Assembly: GCA_030704615.1 (NCBI GenBank) | Contig: CM060731.1 | Span: 8,184,001 to 8,248,000 of the forward strand | Reading direction: 5' to 3' | Source of the DNA: Takakia lepidozioides | Taxonomy: Eukaryota > Plantae > Bryophyta | DNA: 64,000 bases | Shown here: in pieces, positions 52,690 to 64,000 of the stretch | Position numbering within the stretch: the first letter of the stretch is position 1 | Layout: each line of letters opens with the position of its first letter | The notes under the pieces: model-generated | The model's database searches: none | What the model was told of the DNA's origin: nothing | What the model saw: the letters and a program-made list of their open reading frames with translations, nothing else | Made by a program: the position numbers and the translations under genes

Positions 52690-53450
52690 CTACACCCGCA
52701 CTGCAACTGTGTGGGTTGTGCCTGTGCCGACCCTTTGCCTCTTTCTGGGCAATCCTTCTTCACATGGCCAGATCCTCCACATTCCCAACATGACACCTCC
52801 GCCTGTTAATGTTGGCTTGAGAATGAAGGAATAGACCTCTGCATTTGAGATCCTCTCTGCCCTTCCCTGGGCTTCATCTGAACCCCCTTGTTGCTTTGAG
52901 CACATTCAGGGGTTGGTTGTTGTTGGCTAGGAGCCCCACTTTGTTGTGTCTCCTTGCCAAATCCCACCATAACCACCCGCGCCTCCACCATATTGAGCTC
53001 TATCCGCTCTGCCAGCAAAAATACATTTGCTAAGATAGGTTGGGCCGCTTGTAGAAGAGTTGCATCCCACACCCTTCTCCTCAGGTCATTGTCCAATATC
53101 CCATACCAAAATTGGGCTGCTTGAACTTCCGTAACCTCTTGGGTTACATTTATCAAGCTCCTCATGCGAGTGTAAGCTTCCCTCAAATTCTCAATAGACT
53201 TGCGTTGGAACTTTTGCAAGCTCTGTAACTTTTCTGTCCTTATCCCCTGGTAGTTTCTCCTCAACTCCTCAAAGAACTCCACGACTGGGTTAAAGGTAGG
53301 CACGGGTGTTGGTGCAGCAGGGGCTTGGGTGGATGTCCCAACTCCTGTACCACTTGTCCCGCTGCTACTTGCAGAAGGTGCTGGTGTGGCTGTCAATGTA
53401 GCTGTTGCCCTTGTACCTCTAGTGCCTCTAGTGATTGGGACATAGTCAGA
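52690..53450 (-). mobile_element. Second, truncated gag copy of the Gypsy family at 61-62 kb
   Basis: FNPVVEFFEELRRNYQGIRTEKLQSLQKFQR... closely matches ORF 61599-62612; intact knuckle CWECGGSGHVKKDC. Confidence 0.9.
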
Positions 53451-54494
53451 TGTCATTCAGCTTCACATGTTTGAATCATCTTCTGTAATAGAGTTTTTCA
53501 GCTTTGACAGGGTCAAAAATATATTAATGGTTGGGAATTTACCAGGATGGTGTAAGATTGGCTTCTCAACGTCACTCGTGCAAAGTTTGTGGTCCGTGCT
53601 AGCATGTTGTAAATACTCCATTCATCCCCTTGTGACCCAATGCTGATCCTAACCTCTTTCTTTGTTTTTTCTCCTCTCACTGTCAAGTGAAATCGCACTT
53701 TCTGATGCTTGACGCCTTATATAACTCCAGCATCATTTCGCACTCCATTTTTTGGTAATTATGGATAGTCATGAAGTCTAAAAGCTTGGAGCTAGAGAGC
53801 ACATCACAGTTCTTGTAACAACATTTTGGTACTTTGTTCAGGGATTTAACTTTGTCAATGCTGGTCAGCTGCCAGCAGCAAGGCGAGGACCCATACATGA
53901 TTTGCTCAAAGGCAGATATAGCTACAAAATTAGAGATAGAGTGTGGGTCCAAGAGGGCTGGATTTCAAGCACAAATTTTGGGCAGATCAATCCCTATGGA
54001 TCATATGCACTAATGTTGCAGATATAGCATCCAAATTATTATTGTGACCTTCACATCCTCAAAGCTATAATAACTCTGCACATGTCATACAATTAGTGGT
54101 ATAAAGAGAGGCTGCAAATTCACATTTGCAGTTGCCATTTCAAAGCAAATTGCCATGAGAATAAATAGTAAATAACACTCATAGGGTTAAAAATTTGACT
54201 GGTATGATGCCTCTGTAAGGGGTCATGATACTCGGGCATTTTTTATCATCATGTCTTGGAACCCAGCAAATGTAAACCCATTCACGTCACCAGAGAAAGT
54301 CATCGCGTCCGCTACCAGTTAATAAAGATGTTCCTTATAAACATAGCAGCCAAGCTTCTCAATGGCCAAGCCAAATCTCTGTTCCACAAATCAACACGAT
54401 GGTTGTCCTGAACATTTTGGAATGTATGTCTTGATGTATACTGCGGATGAGGATCGGATAAAGCCTTAACATAGAACAAAAAACCAGGGTGGCC

Positions 54495-54965
54495 TGGACC
54501 GTTGGCCCAAGTGTCCAGTGTCATCTAAGCCCAATTGCAATCTCCTATGCATCCAAGTGCGTCTCCTATGACGAGGCCCAAGTGCGACCTCTAGGGTAGA
54601 ATGTGCCATTGGCCCAAGTGTCCAATGTCATCTAAGCCCAAGTGCAAGATCTCCTATGTATTTATGTATCCCACTGCGTCTCCTATGTCGAGGCCCAAGT
54701 GTGACCTCAAGGATGGCCTATGCCGTTGGCCCATGTGTGAAAAATTGAAATCGCAAGACCCAATGCGTCTCCTATGTCGAGGCCCAAGTACTACAACCTC
54801 TATTATAGCCTATGACGTGGGCCCGTGTGTGAAGAATTGATATATAATAAGACCAAGTGCAATTTTCTATGTATTGAAGGGCATCTCCCATGTTCATCTC
54901 CTATGTCAAGGCCCATCTAAGCCCAAGCGCAATCTTCTATGTATCCAAGTGCATCTCCTATGTAC
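54495..54965 (+). repeat. Degenerate tandem repeat (GGCCCAAGTG / TCTCCTATG units)
   Basis: Many imperfect copies, visible directly. Confidence 0.8.
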
Positions 54966-55259
54966 GCCGTCTGTTGGGCATGCTCTAACTCCTTCGTGTT
55001 AAACCCTATTTTAACTAATTCTGGACTTTTGGCTTAAATCCGGACCAAACTTAATATATATTTGAATTAACATTAACATTCAAATGTTAATAATATCATG
55101 GACAGTAATGTGTGATTGAACTTTGTGAAATTACAAGTGATGTCATACTTGCTTCAAAATGTGACATATAAGATATCCATTTGACATTGAAGTGCTTGTG
55201 AAGTTGCAGTACTAAACAATGAACAATTCATTGAACGTCCACTGGAACGTCCACTGGGA

Positions 55260-55690
55260 AAGGGACAAACAAATATTGAAGACTCACACATGGTAGTACA
55301 ATAACTTGGTTTGGAGTGTAAGTAGGGTAGTACACTAACCTGGTTTTTGGTATATGGTAAGAGTAATGGTTTAAGGTAGTAAGTGTCAGGCTTAAGCTTA
55401 GGGTAAGGATTAAGGCCAGGGTAAGGGTTTAGGGTTTGGATTTATGGTAGTACATAAAGGTTTTTGATATATGGTAAGAGTAATGGTTTAGGGTACTAAG
55501 GGTCCGGCTTAAGCCTATGGAAGGATTAAGGGAAGGGTAAAGCGAAGGCCCTAAGGGTTTAGGGGTGATGATAAAGGTATAAATGGACAAACAAATATGG
55601 AAGACTCGCAGTCACTAGAACTTGGTGTGTATATTATGGTAAAAAATGAAAATAAAAATGGAGAAACAAATATTATGGAAGAGTCATTGA
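55260..55690 (+). repeat. Degenerate tandem repeats with AGGGTTTAGGG-like and GGACAAACAAATA units
   Basis: ~120-bp duplication TATATGGTAAGAGTAATGGTTTA (55351, 55468) and recurring GACAAACAAATA. Confidence 0.65.
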
Positions 55691-55872
55691 GACGGACAAG
55701 TATTTAAATTAACGACTCGTCGTTGGAATCTGGTCTTAAGATACATAGAAAGCACACTAGTATATAAACTTGGTAAGTGCATGTGAATCCAAAACAAACG
55801 AGAAAAGTAGCGCAAAAAGGAAGAAACGCCAAACATCTGGCCGATATCCCCCTCCACGTATAGTGGCGTACC

Positions 55873-56790
55873 TCAATGTGTCTCAGTGTTGGGCAATAGC
55901 AAGGTTCTAAAAGCCATAGGCATGACTCTCTTGAACAACTCTGCCCGTTGGGCACATGCTTGTGTCCACACATCCGGATCATCAAGGTTGAGGACTACTG
56001 CAGTCTCCTTGCGAATAGATGCAGGCAAATCTGGCTCTCGGCCAAAGAGAAGGAAATAAGGCAAGAACGAGGCAAGTGATATTTGCTTGCTAAACCTGTA
56101 ACCCATGGCCAACCAAGGTAGCTGAAGGTCCCAATCTACCAAGTGTCCCTTCTGCAAGCCATACTTGCGCAAGCCTCGCTTGACTGTTTGCACAACCCTC
56201 TCGGCCAAGCCATCAGCCTCGGGATGATCCCGAGAAGTAGTGCGGTGATCTATCAAGGCTTGCTCACACAAAGCCTGAAACTCCCCCAATAACTCTCTCC
56301 CCTGGTCCGTGAATACCTCGGCTGGAGCACCAAATTGGCTAAGCACTCGATCTAAGAATGCATACGCAGCCCCCTCACTTGCTTTGTCAGGCAATGCCAC
56401 CAGTTCAATCCATTTAGAGAAATGTTCCACCATCACCAACACATACTTGTTATGGCAAATCGTTAGTGGCAATGGGCCTGCGAAGTCAAGACTCCAACGA
56501 TAGCCCAAACCCATAATGGGTAAATGATGCAATTGTGGAGTAGGTGCATTGAAAGAAACCCGCACTCTATCATACACCATGCACCTTGCCACTAACTGTT
56601 GCACATCCGTGTGCATGCCCCGCCACAAATACTGTCCTTGTAGCAAACTATGAGTACGCTGCACCCCAGAATGTCCCAACTCCTCATGGGCATGGCGTAC
56701 CAATCGCGCTTGTTGTGTTGGATGAGGCACAATCCTCACTCGTCTATCCTCCTATACTCGGAGTAGGTGAGTCCCCTCCCACTTGAACCT
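55873..56790 (-). pseudogene. Gypsy integrase (3' truncated)
   Basis: HEELGHSG..C, WSLDFAGP, FTDQGRE, DGLAERVVQTVK. Confidence 0.92.
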
Positions 56791-57067
56791 CTTGACTCAT
56801 TGTAGGATCCAATCTCTCTCCTTAGCAGTCACACTGGCTGCAGTCTCTCTAGTACGAAGGTAGGCCAACACTGCTGCATCTTCATGTACATCCTTAGCAC
56901 CACCAAGCTCCTCACTGATCTCTAGATCGTCATGCACACTATCTCTACTACCAATCCCATGGGATGGACCAGCTTGAGCTCCTATTGCTAGAATGGCAGA
57001 TGCGTGCCATCCTGGCACCATCTCCTCGTCCGTCTCACCATGCCAACGAGCTCCTGTATCATCAAGC

Positions 57068-58335
57068 TCACTTATGCATGGATTGCGACTCAATCCATCC
57101 GCATCCCGGTTGACTATTCAGGATCGATGCACCACCTGGAACTCGTACTCTTGAAGCATAAGTGCTCACCGTGCAAGCTTTCCTGTAAGTTTGTCTGACT
57201 CCATCAACCACTTCAATGGTTGGTGATCCGTGACAAGGGTGAAGAGATTGCCATAGAGGTAGCATCTAAAATGTGTCACTGCCCATACTGCGGCTAGACA
57301 CTCTCCTTCATAGGAACTATACTTCGCCTCAGCATCATTGTTCGAGCGGCTAGCATATGCCACTACAAACTCTCCTCCCTCATCATCCACTTGTGTGAGC
57401 ACTGCTCTAATCCCCAGCATACTTCAATCCGTATGTAGCTGGAAAGACCGCCCCCGAATAGGCCGCCTCAGAATAGGTGCAGAAGTCAATCGAGCCTTGA
57501 GTTCCTCAAAGGCTTCCTCCTGCTCTTCCTCCCACTGCCACTCTTGACCCACCTAGGTCAACTTGGTAAGAGCCTTTGCAATGCTGCTAAATCCCTTGAC
57601 AAACCGTCGATAATAGTTTGCCAACCCCATGAAAGCACGAACTCTGCTAACATCAATGGGGCGTGGAATGCGTGCAATGGCCTCCACCTTTGTCTTTTGA
57701 ATACCCAATCCTCCAGGGTATATCATATGGCCCAGATACTCAATCTGGTTGTGGAAGAACTTACACTTCTCAGGGTGCAATTTCAACCCATGTGCTCTCA
57801 AGTGCTCAAACACCATCTAAAGGTGTCTCTCGTGCTCCTCAATCGTAGCACTAAAGATGATGATGTCATCAATGTAGCACTGGGCGAAGTCTAGCCCCGC
57901 AAGAATCCTATCCATGACCCTCTGAAACTTTGCAGGAGCATTCTTCAACCCAAACGGTAGGGACCGCCATTGGTACAAGCAATCCTTCTCATGTTGGTCA
58001 ATCCCCCAAAATGCCATCTTTTGCTTGTCAGCCTCTTTGATTGGCAACTGGTGGTAACCGGATCGCAAGTCTAATGTGCTACACACCTTTGCATGCCCAA
58101 TGGCATCAAAGATCTCCTCTGGAGTTGGCATGGCATATCTATCGGACTTACTCTGACGGTTCACAGGACGGTAGTCCCCACACATCCTCCTTTCTGTCCA
58201 ATTGCCATAGATATCCTTCTTAGCCGGCATCACCGTTGCCGAGGCATACTCCCCGCCTGACAACTCCACCAATCCAGCTTCAAACAACTCCATAGTCCGT
58301 GACTGGATCAAAGACCTTTCCATATCACTATACAT
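57068..58335 (-). pseudogene. Gypsy reverse transcriptase and RNase H
   Basis: RMCGDYRPVN, YIDDIIIFS, FMGLANYYRRF, RNase H motifs; stops and frameshifts. Confidence 0.95.
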
Positions 58336-58949
58336 GTAGGGCCTTCAAAAAATTGGCATGTCATTTGCCAAATCAATACGAATCTTCTGGCCCTTCAAAC
58401 TCCCCAAATCCTTCAAACCGAAGGCAAAGCAATTTCTATAAGCCCTTAGAAATCATTGGATCCTCCGCCTCTCTCCTCCGGTGACTGTAGGTCCAACATC
58501 TGGTTCCCAGTTGTCCTCAGTGATTGCAACCTTGGGTACACCAGGCTTGGAAGTAGGAGACGCATCCTTTGGTTGCTAGATAGCAACCTCTTGGCTTTAC
58601 CGCCCACCCTGACCGTGGCGTAGCCTCCACTTGCTCCGCCATAGCCACCTTGAGAACATCCTCTGGGGAAGAAACATTCTCAACCTCTTCAAAAACATTG
58701 GCCACCTTGGCCTCCAACTGATCCTCAGTGTATGGCTCTCCCCACTCCTCATACTGCTGCTTGAGAGATCCAATGACTCTCTCTTTGCGCATCTCATCCC
58801 ATATCTGCCATGGGTGTTTGCACCCCATGATCCTGTGCTTGCCCCCACTCACTGCCTCCACCGTCCTGGTTGGCAGAGATGGTGCAATATCTAATGGAAG
58901 TGCAGAAGTAGCCACCAATGCTTGCAATCTCCGTTGCTCAGCCATGCAC

Positions 58950-59910
58950 AAGCCAATGAACCCATGTCAAGCAATTGGATCCATTGCCTGGACCCCAACA
59001 CCTGGCGTCGTGATGCCTAAGAGATGGGGACACGGGCTGTAGGGCCCGTGGCAAATCCCATTGCCCGCTCTCGCTCATCCGCATGGGCTCCACCAATTGT
59101 TATAGCACACTGTCCAAATCAATCCAGGACCATTGTCTCGAAAAGCATGAGACGAGGGAAGAAAAGCTCATGAGCGTAGGCAAGGCTGTACGTGGTGCCC
59201 ACTCGATTTACCACTGCGAGAGGTGGATGGTCATCATGTCGCACCCTCTGTAGTTGCCTCCCTTAGTCCAAAATGCCCTCAACTGTGAGAGTGGGTGGCC
59301 GTTGAATGAAATTGTATGCTCTCTTGAGCAGCTCTGGTGGTGCAAGATTGGTCCACCACAATCGAGGTCGATGCGCTCGTGATCACACCGTTGTTGCATC
59401 CAATAGCACCATCGATCCAATCCAAGACCGCACCTGATGCACACTGGCCATAACCCTGGCCCGAGAGTCCTCCATAAGAGGGAACAGTTTCCAAAGATAT
59501 AGGCTAGAGGTTGCACTTGCCTCGTCTGCAAGTCACGCAACACTCTCAAAATCTCCCAAAAAAAATGCGATCGTGTATCATGCAAGCCATTCCCATGACC
59601 TGCGGGAGGGAGTGTCCTTGGCAAGGCCATCCAGCTATCACCGAGTCAATTGCACCATGCTGGCCCAAATCATCCGCCCCCAACAAAGTAATGTCTGCTG
59701 GCAAGGCCTTTTGGTACCCTTGAATTGCTGAGAAAGGCAGCAACTCAGGATACTGGTGTGTGAGCAAGGCAACGTGGCACATAGAATTTATTTACGCCGA
59801 GCTATCTCATCCTTCTCCACATACAAGTACTTTTGTACTTTAATCCAGCTTGCAACACTCTGCAAGCCCAGTGCTCATGCCTCAAAACGGGTCTAGTAAA
59901 CAATTCCCTG
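58950..59910 (-). pseudogene. C5 cytosine DNA methyltransferase domain embedded in Gypsy pol (frameshifted)
   Basis: Motif I LDPF*GMSTGL, II YLYVEKDEIAR, III PADIT, IV IDSVIAGWPCQGHS, V GLHDTRSHFF, VI YIFGN, VIII DATTV*SRAHRPRLWWTNL, IX EP..DERERAMGF, X RRQVLG.QAMD. Confidence 0.88.
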
Positions 59911-60199
59911 AGAGTTGGTTGTCTGGATTGGTTTGGACTTGGTATTTGACACTGTGTCCAAAAAAGAGCTAAACTGAGGAGGTCCAGGTGATGTCACTGA
60001 ACTCCCCTCACTATCAATGGAAAGGCCTCCTGCCATGCTTGGTGCACACTTCTGCCTGCTACTCGCTGCAAATTCCCAACCGTACCCCACAGTGGAATAT
60101 GAACAAGCACATTGACCATCCCCTGACTGCAAGTCCGGCCTGTAGGATGTCGTTTCCTCCCAAAAGTCCAAAGTAAAGCCCATCGGGTATAACACAACC

Positions 60200-60520
60200 C
60201 CACAACAAGCATATCATAAAACACCGCGTCCGTAACAATGGCTTTAGCTCTCATGACAGAGCCATATGTAAGATGATCTGGCTGCAATCAAATGAAGAGC
60301 TCATGGCGTGTAATCCCTCGTGCCTTCTCTGAACCGCCCAAAGATGTTTGAATTTGGAAAGGGCAAGGCTCCAAATCCCGCCTCTGTAAGGCCCAAGCTT
60401 GCAATTGCTGCTCTCCCCAACATCAATGGCTGTGCTCCCGAGTCCAACAAGACCGCAGTGGCCTATACCTCCTCCCCAGTTGGGCCACCCAATTGAAACA
60501 CTCCATCCTGATTGTCCACC
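60200..60520 (-). pseudogene. Gypsy aspartic protease
   Basis: TAVLLDSGAQPLMLGRAAIASLGL, later FYDMLVVG. Confidence 0.8.
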
Positions 60521-60623
60521 AGGACTACCCCAAGAGTCACCATGCTGCGCTCAATGGCTGGCCTAGCTGGCAACTCCTGCAACCTTGCAGCTGCCGCTTG
60601 CCATGGCGCAGCTGTGGCTGACT

Positions 60624-62612
60624 TCACCCTCGAATCAAAGCATCCATAGACTGCACTTTATCTGCTATCTCCGCAGATAGTGCCGATGCATCACCACTCT
60701 CACAGAGTCTAGCTGCTAGTCTGAATACAGTAGCTGGTCGAATCCCTGACATTGCAGGAAATAATAGAGCTTGGCAAACCGCCGTAGCCCCCCCCAACAA
60801 TGTACTGGTTGCACCCTGCTTTGCAGCACCACCCACTGGCATTTCCCGAGCCACACCAATTCTCCCCAATGACACTCGTGGCTCTACCTCTGACACACTT
60901 GGGCGAGCGGGTGCCATTGATGGCGTAGGTGACACTGTCTCAGCCAATGTAAAGGACTGTGGAAGCCTTGTCTGACGACTTGTTTCCCCCCTTTGTGGAT
61001 CAAAATCCACATCCGCTCCTCTTGGCTCAGGAGCACGCGTTGCTACTCGAGTGACAGCAGCAGCAGAGTCCAATACATGCAATGGCCCTACAAGTGCGGC
61101 TCCACACATGAAGCCCATATCAATCCGATCTTCCCTAGGCATAGGAGGTTGTGCAGGTGGGGCTTGAACCTCAAGCCTTAGAGCTGGCGCAACATGAGTA
61201 GTGGCCATAGCAACAAGACGTTGCTCTAGCTGGGCAAGTCTATCTACCATGCCTTGGTCATGACCTTGACCCTGACCCTGTGCTCCTTGGTTTTGGTTAC
61301 GACCTCCACCCCGACCTCTGCCTCCTCTATCTCTCTGGACTACATTGCCTCGTCCTCGGCCACCATGGAACTGGCCTGGCCGTAGCTTAGGATGCAAGCC
61401 ATAACAATGGGCCTCCTCATGCCCATACTTTCCACAATGCCCACCCTGTAATTGTGTAGGCTGTGCCTGTGCCGGCCCTTTGCCTCTCTCCCGACAATCC
61501 TTCTTGACATGGGATCCTCCACATTCCCAACAAGTCACACCCGACTGTTGTTGGCCTGAGAATGAAGGAAGAGACCTCTGCATCTGAGATCCTCTCTTTC
61601 ATTCCCTCGGCTTCACGTGAGCCCCATTGTTGCCTTGAACACGTTGGGATAGTGGTTGTTGTTGGCTAGGAGCCCCACTTTGTTGTGTCTCCTTGCCAAA
61701 CCCCACCATAACCATATTGAGCTCTATCCGCTCTGCCAGCGAAAACACATTTGCTAAGGTAGGTTGGTCCACTTGTAGGAGAGTTGCATCCCGCACCCTT
61801 CTCCTCAGCTCCTTGTCCAGGATCCCATACCAGAACTGGACTGCCTGAGCTTCTGTAACCCCTTGGGTTACGTTTATCAAGCGCCTCATGCGGGTGTAAG
61901 CCTCCCTCAAACTCTTAGTAGACCTTCGTTGGAACTCTTGCAAGCTCCGCAACTTCTCTGTCCTTATCCCTTGGTAGTTTCTACTCAACTCCTCAAAGAA
62001 CTCCACAACTAGATTAAAGGCAGGCACGGGTGTTGGTGCTGCAGCAGGAGCTTGAGTGGATTTCCCAGTTCCTATACCACTTGTCCCACTACTAGTGTTT
62101 GCAGTTGGAGATGTTTGTGTAGCTGCTGGTGTCGCCGCTGCCCTTGTGCCTCTAGTGATTGAGACATAGTTAAGTGAGCAATACTCTTGCCACTCCTCAA
62201 TCTCCACCGCATGTCCCCGCCTAAATTCATGGTAATCATCCATGGGCGGCCCCTCAAGGTGCTGGAATAGCCCCTCCCACGTCATAAAGGGCGTAAACAG
62301 TTGTGGATTGTGCATTTGCTGCAAATCACACCAACTGTCAAACTCTTGTATGAAGTCATCAAGCTCGATGGTGCCCACGGCTCCAGAGTACCTACGTGGC
62401 CCCTTGGTAGCTCCATACATCTCCTCCATCGTGTCCCACAACAATGGCACGGAAATGACTTGCACCCTTGGCGAGAATCTTCTTGACTCCGAGTCTGAAC
62501 CTTCCTCAGAAGACACTGAAGGTGAAGGTGGCCTAAACCGCACACCTCGTCTTGTGTACCCACTAGTATCGCTGGTGCTTGTACCGGCATTCCCCTCAAC
62601 AACTGGTGGCAC
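60624..62612 (-). pseudogene. Gypsy gag (split into two ORFs)
   Basis: Retrotransposon gag fold (ELDDFIQEFDSWC..FQRRSTKSLREAYTRMRRL), two degenerate CCHC knuckles, RG-rich stretch. Confidence 0.88.
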
Positions 62613-63405
62613 CTCCGTGATGAAAACTCACAACCCAACCGGTTGTCAACCTGTCTCTAATCCCCACTCACAAGGTAACCGGGTAGAGAACCTGTTGCGG
62701 CTACTGGTTTAAGCATGAATAATAGGTTTCTAACGTAGACCTGTACTTGCACCTGCATCCACCGCAAGCACTCCTATGGTCTGCTGGTCATCAACCCAAT
62801 TTCACCGTAGAAGAAACACTGGTGGTCTTGCTGGTTATCACTCCAGCCTCACCACCGACAGCATACTCTAGGATTGGCCGGTGATCAAATCCGGACCAAC
62901 CTCCTATGAAAACAAGCGCCCACACAAAGCTAACATTGCGCACAGTCAAGCATGCAGGTGTGGCGAGGATCCAAACACAAGAAAATCAAGACAGTAACTC
63001 CCCCACACCAAAAACACTCCACAGTGTCGCTCCTGCAAGGACACCCCAGCCCAAACCCGGACTGACTCTTGCCTCTACCTACGGAAAGGTTTTGGCCTAC
63101 AGAGATGGTGAAAGACTATGGAGAAGAGAAACTAAAGCAATTCCTAACCCCAGAATGCTCTCATCCCACCACTCTCCCTCCTGTCTCTATCCACTCGCTT
63201 GTATGGCCGTGGCAAGTATTCTTCAAATATCCCTCAATCAATCCTTCAAGAGCTCTTCAACATTGTCCACCAAAGCTCCTCGAAGGGTCCTCCAATACTC
63301 TTCCAAGGACCCCAAAGATCCTCCAAACACTCCTCCAAGGGCCCTCAAATATCTTCCAAACAATCCTCCAAAGGCCCTTAAACTTCACTAAGTCCTTTCA
63401 ATGTT

Positions 63406-63760
63406 GATACCTTAACAGAGGTATAGTCTGAGGTTGCTAGGGTCCCTTATGTTGATGATACCTTTACATAGGTATAGTCTAAAAATGAGGGTTCTGTTTG
63501 GTATACTAACAGAGGTATAGTCTGAGCTTATTAGGATCCACATATGGTGATACCTCAACAGAGGTATAGTAAAAAGGACAAGCTCATGTTTGGTATACTA
63601 ACAGAGGTATAGTCTGAGCTGATTAGGGTTCACATATGGTGATACCTCAATAGAGGTATAGTGAAATGGACAAGCTCCTGTTTGGTATACTAACAGAGGT
63701 ATAGTCTCACAATAGGGTTCACATATGGACCATGGTGATACCTCAACAGAGGTATAGTCT
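63406..63760. repeat. Array of eight palindromic AGAGGTATAGT-type units (~46-bp spacing, ~92-bp higher-order period)
   Basis: Units at ~63406, 63457, 63501, 63549, 63593, 63641, 63685, 63737; mostly alternating GATACCTCAACAGAGGTATAGT and GTATACTAACAGAGGTATAGT. Confidence 0.9.
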
Positions 63761-64000
63761 GAGCATACACTACTAGGGTTTGTAATGAAGAGCTAGAATG
63801 CAAGTCCTTGACTTCTATGCTTCTACTCAAGCAAAAATATGGTCTCTAGGTGGTCATAAGATGCATCTTCTTGCTCTCTTCCACCCCAATGTGCAACCAA
63901 GAGTGGTCCAACTCAACTTGCAAGTCATTGTCCACCAAATCAATCCCCCTTCTAGTCCTTGGGATTTAATTGCAAACTACCATATCTCCATTGCCGAGCA

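Larger units (their letters stand above)
55860..62700 (-). mobile_element. Degenerate Ty3/Gypsy LTR retrotransposon: gag-PR-DNMT-RT-RNaseH-IN
   Basis: gag 60624-62612 with Zn knuckles; protease AVLLDSGAQPLMLG ~60440; RT LDLRSGYHQ/PFGLKNAPA/YIDD 57553-58335; RNase H VAYASRS..YSSYEGECLA..TDHQPL; integrase HHCC plus SLDF/TDQG/GLAER 55873-56790; LTRs not resolved. Confidence 0.95.

Noticed and set aside
55420-55565. Interstitial telomere
   Set aside because: Only isolated GGGTTTAGGG units within a larger degenerate repeat, no tandem TTTAGGG tract
62875-62900. Primer-binding site candidate TGGTCCGGATTTGATC (minus strand)
   Set aside because: Not preceded by an LTR-terminal CA and not matched to a tRNA 3' end I can identify
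62906-63407. 161-aa and 112-aa plus-strand ORFs
   Set aside because: Arise from C/A-rich low-complexity repeats antisense to the retrotransposon leader
63406-63760. CRISPR-like repeat-spacer appearance
   Set aside because: Linkers recur with a ~92-bp period rather than being unique, there are no cas genes, and the context is eukaryotic and TE-rich

Overview
Eukaryotic land-plant nuclear DNA, probably a non-seed plant such as a bryophyte or lycophyte (inferred from the PLS-DYW PPR style and gene content; species not determinable). Intact host genes: histone H4, a lipid-transfer (8-Cys) protein, DIM1/YLS8, a PLS-DYW PPR editing factor, a small complex I subunit (At4g00585/KFYI-like) and the ubiquitin E1 UBA1. 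They are interspersed with PPR pseudogenes, nested DNA transposons (PIF/Harbinger, TA-flanked MITEs, a long-TIR element carrying a MAGO NASHI fragment), LINE/SINE/Copia remnants and a degenerate Ty3/Gypsy element. Most notable: (1) the Gypsy pol carries a C5 cytosine DNA methyltransferase domain (motifs I-X recognisable, now frameshifted) between protease and RT; (2) an intact, possibly spliced, divergent uracil-DNA-glycosylase-fold ORF sits among LINE debris; (3) a structured stem-loop motif family recurs in the DIM1 and UBA1 introns; (4) a long G:U-compatible hairpin lies downstream of a TATA box. All calls were made by eye, without database searches.
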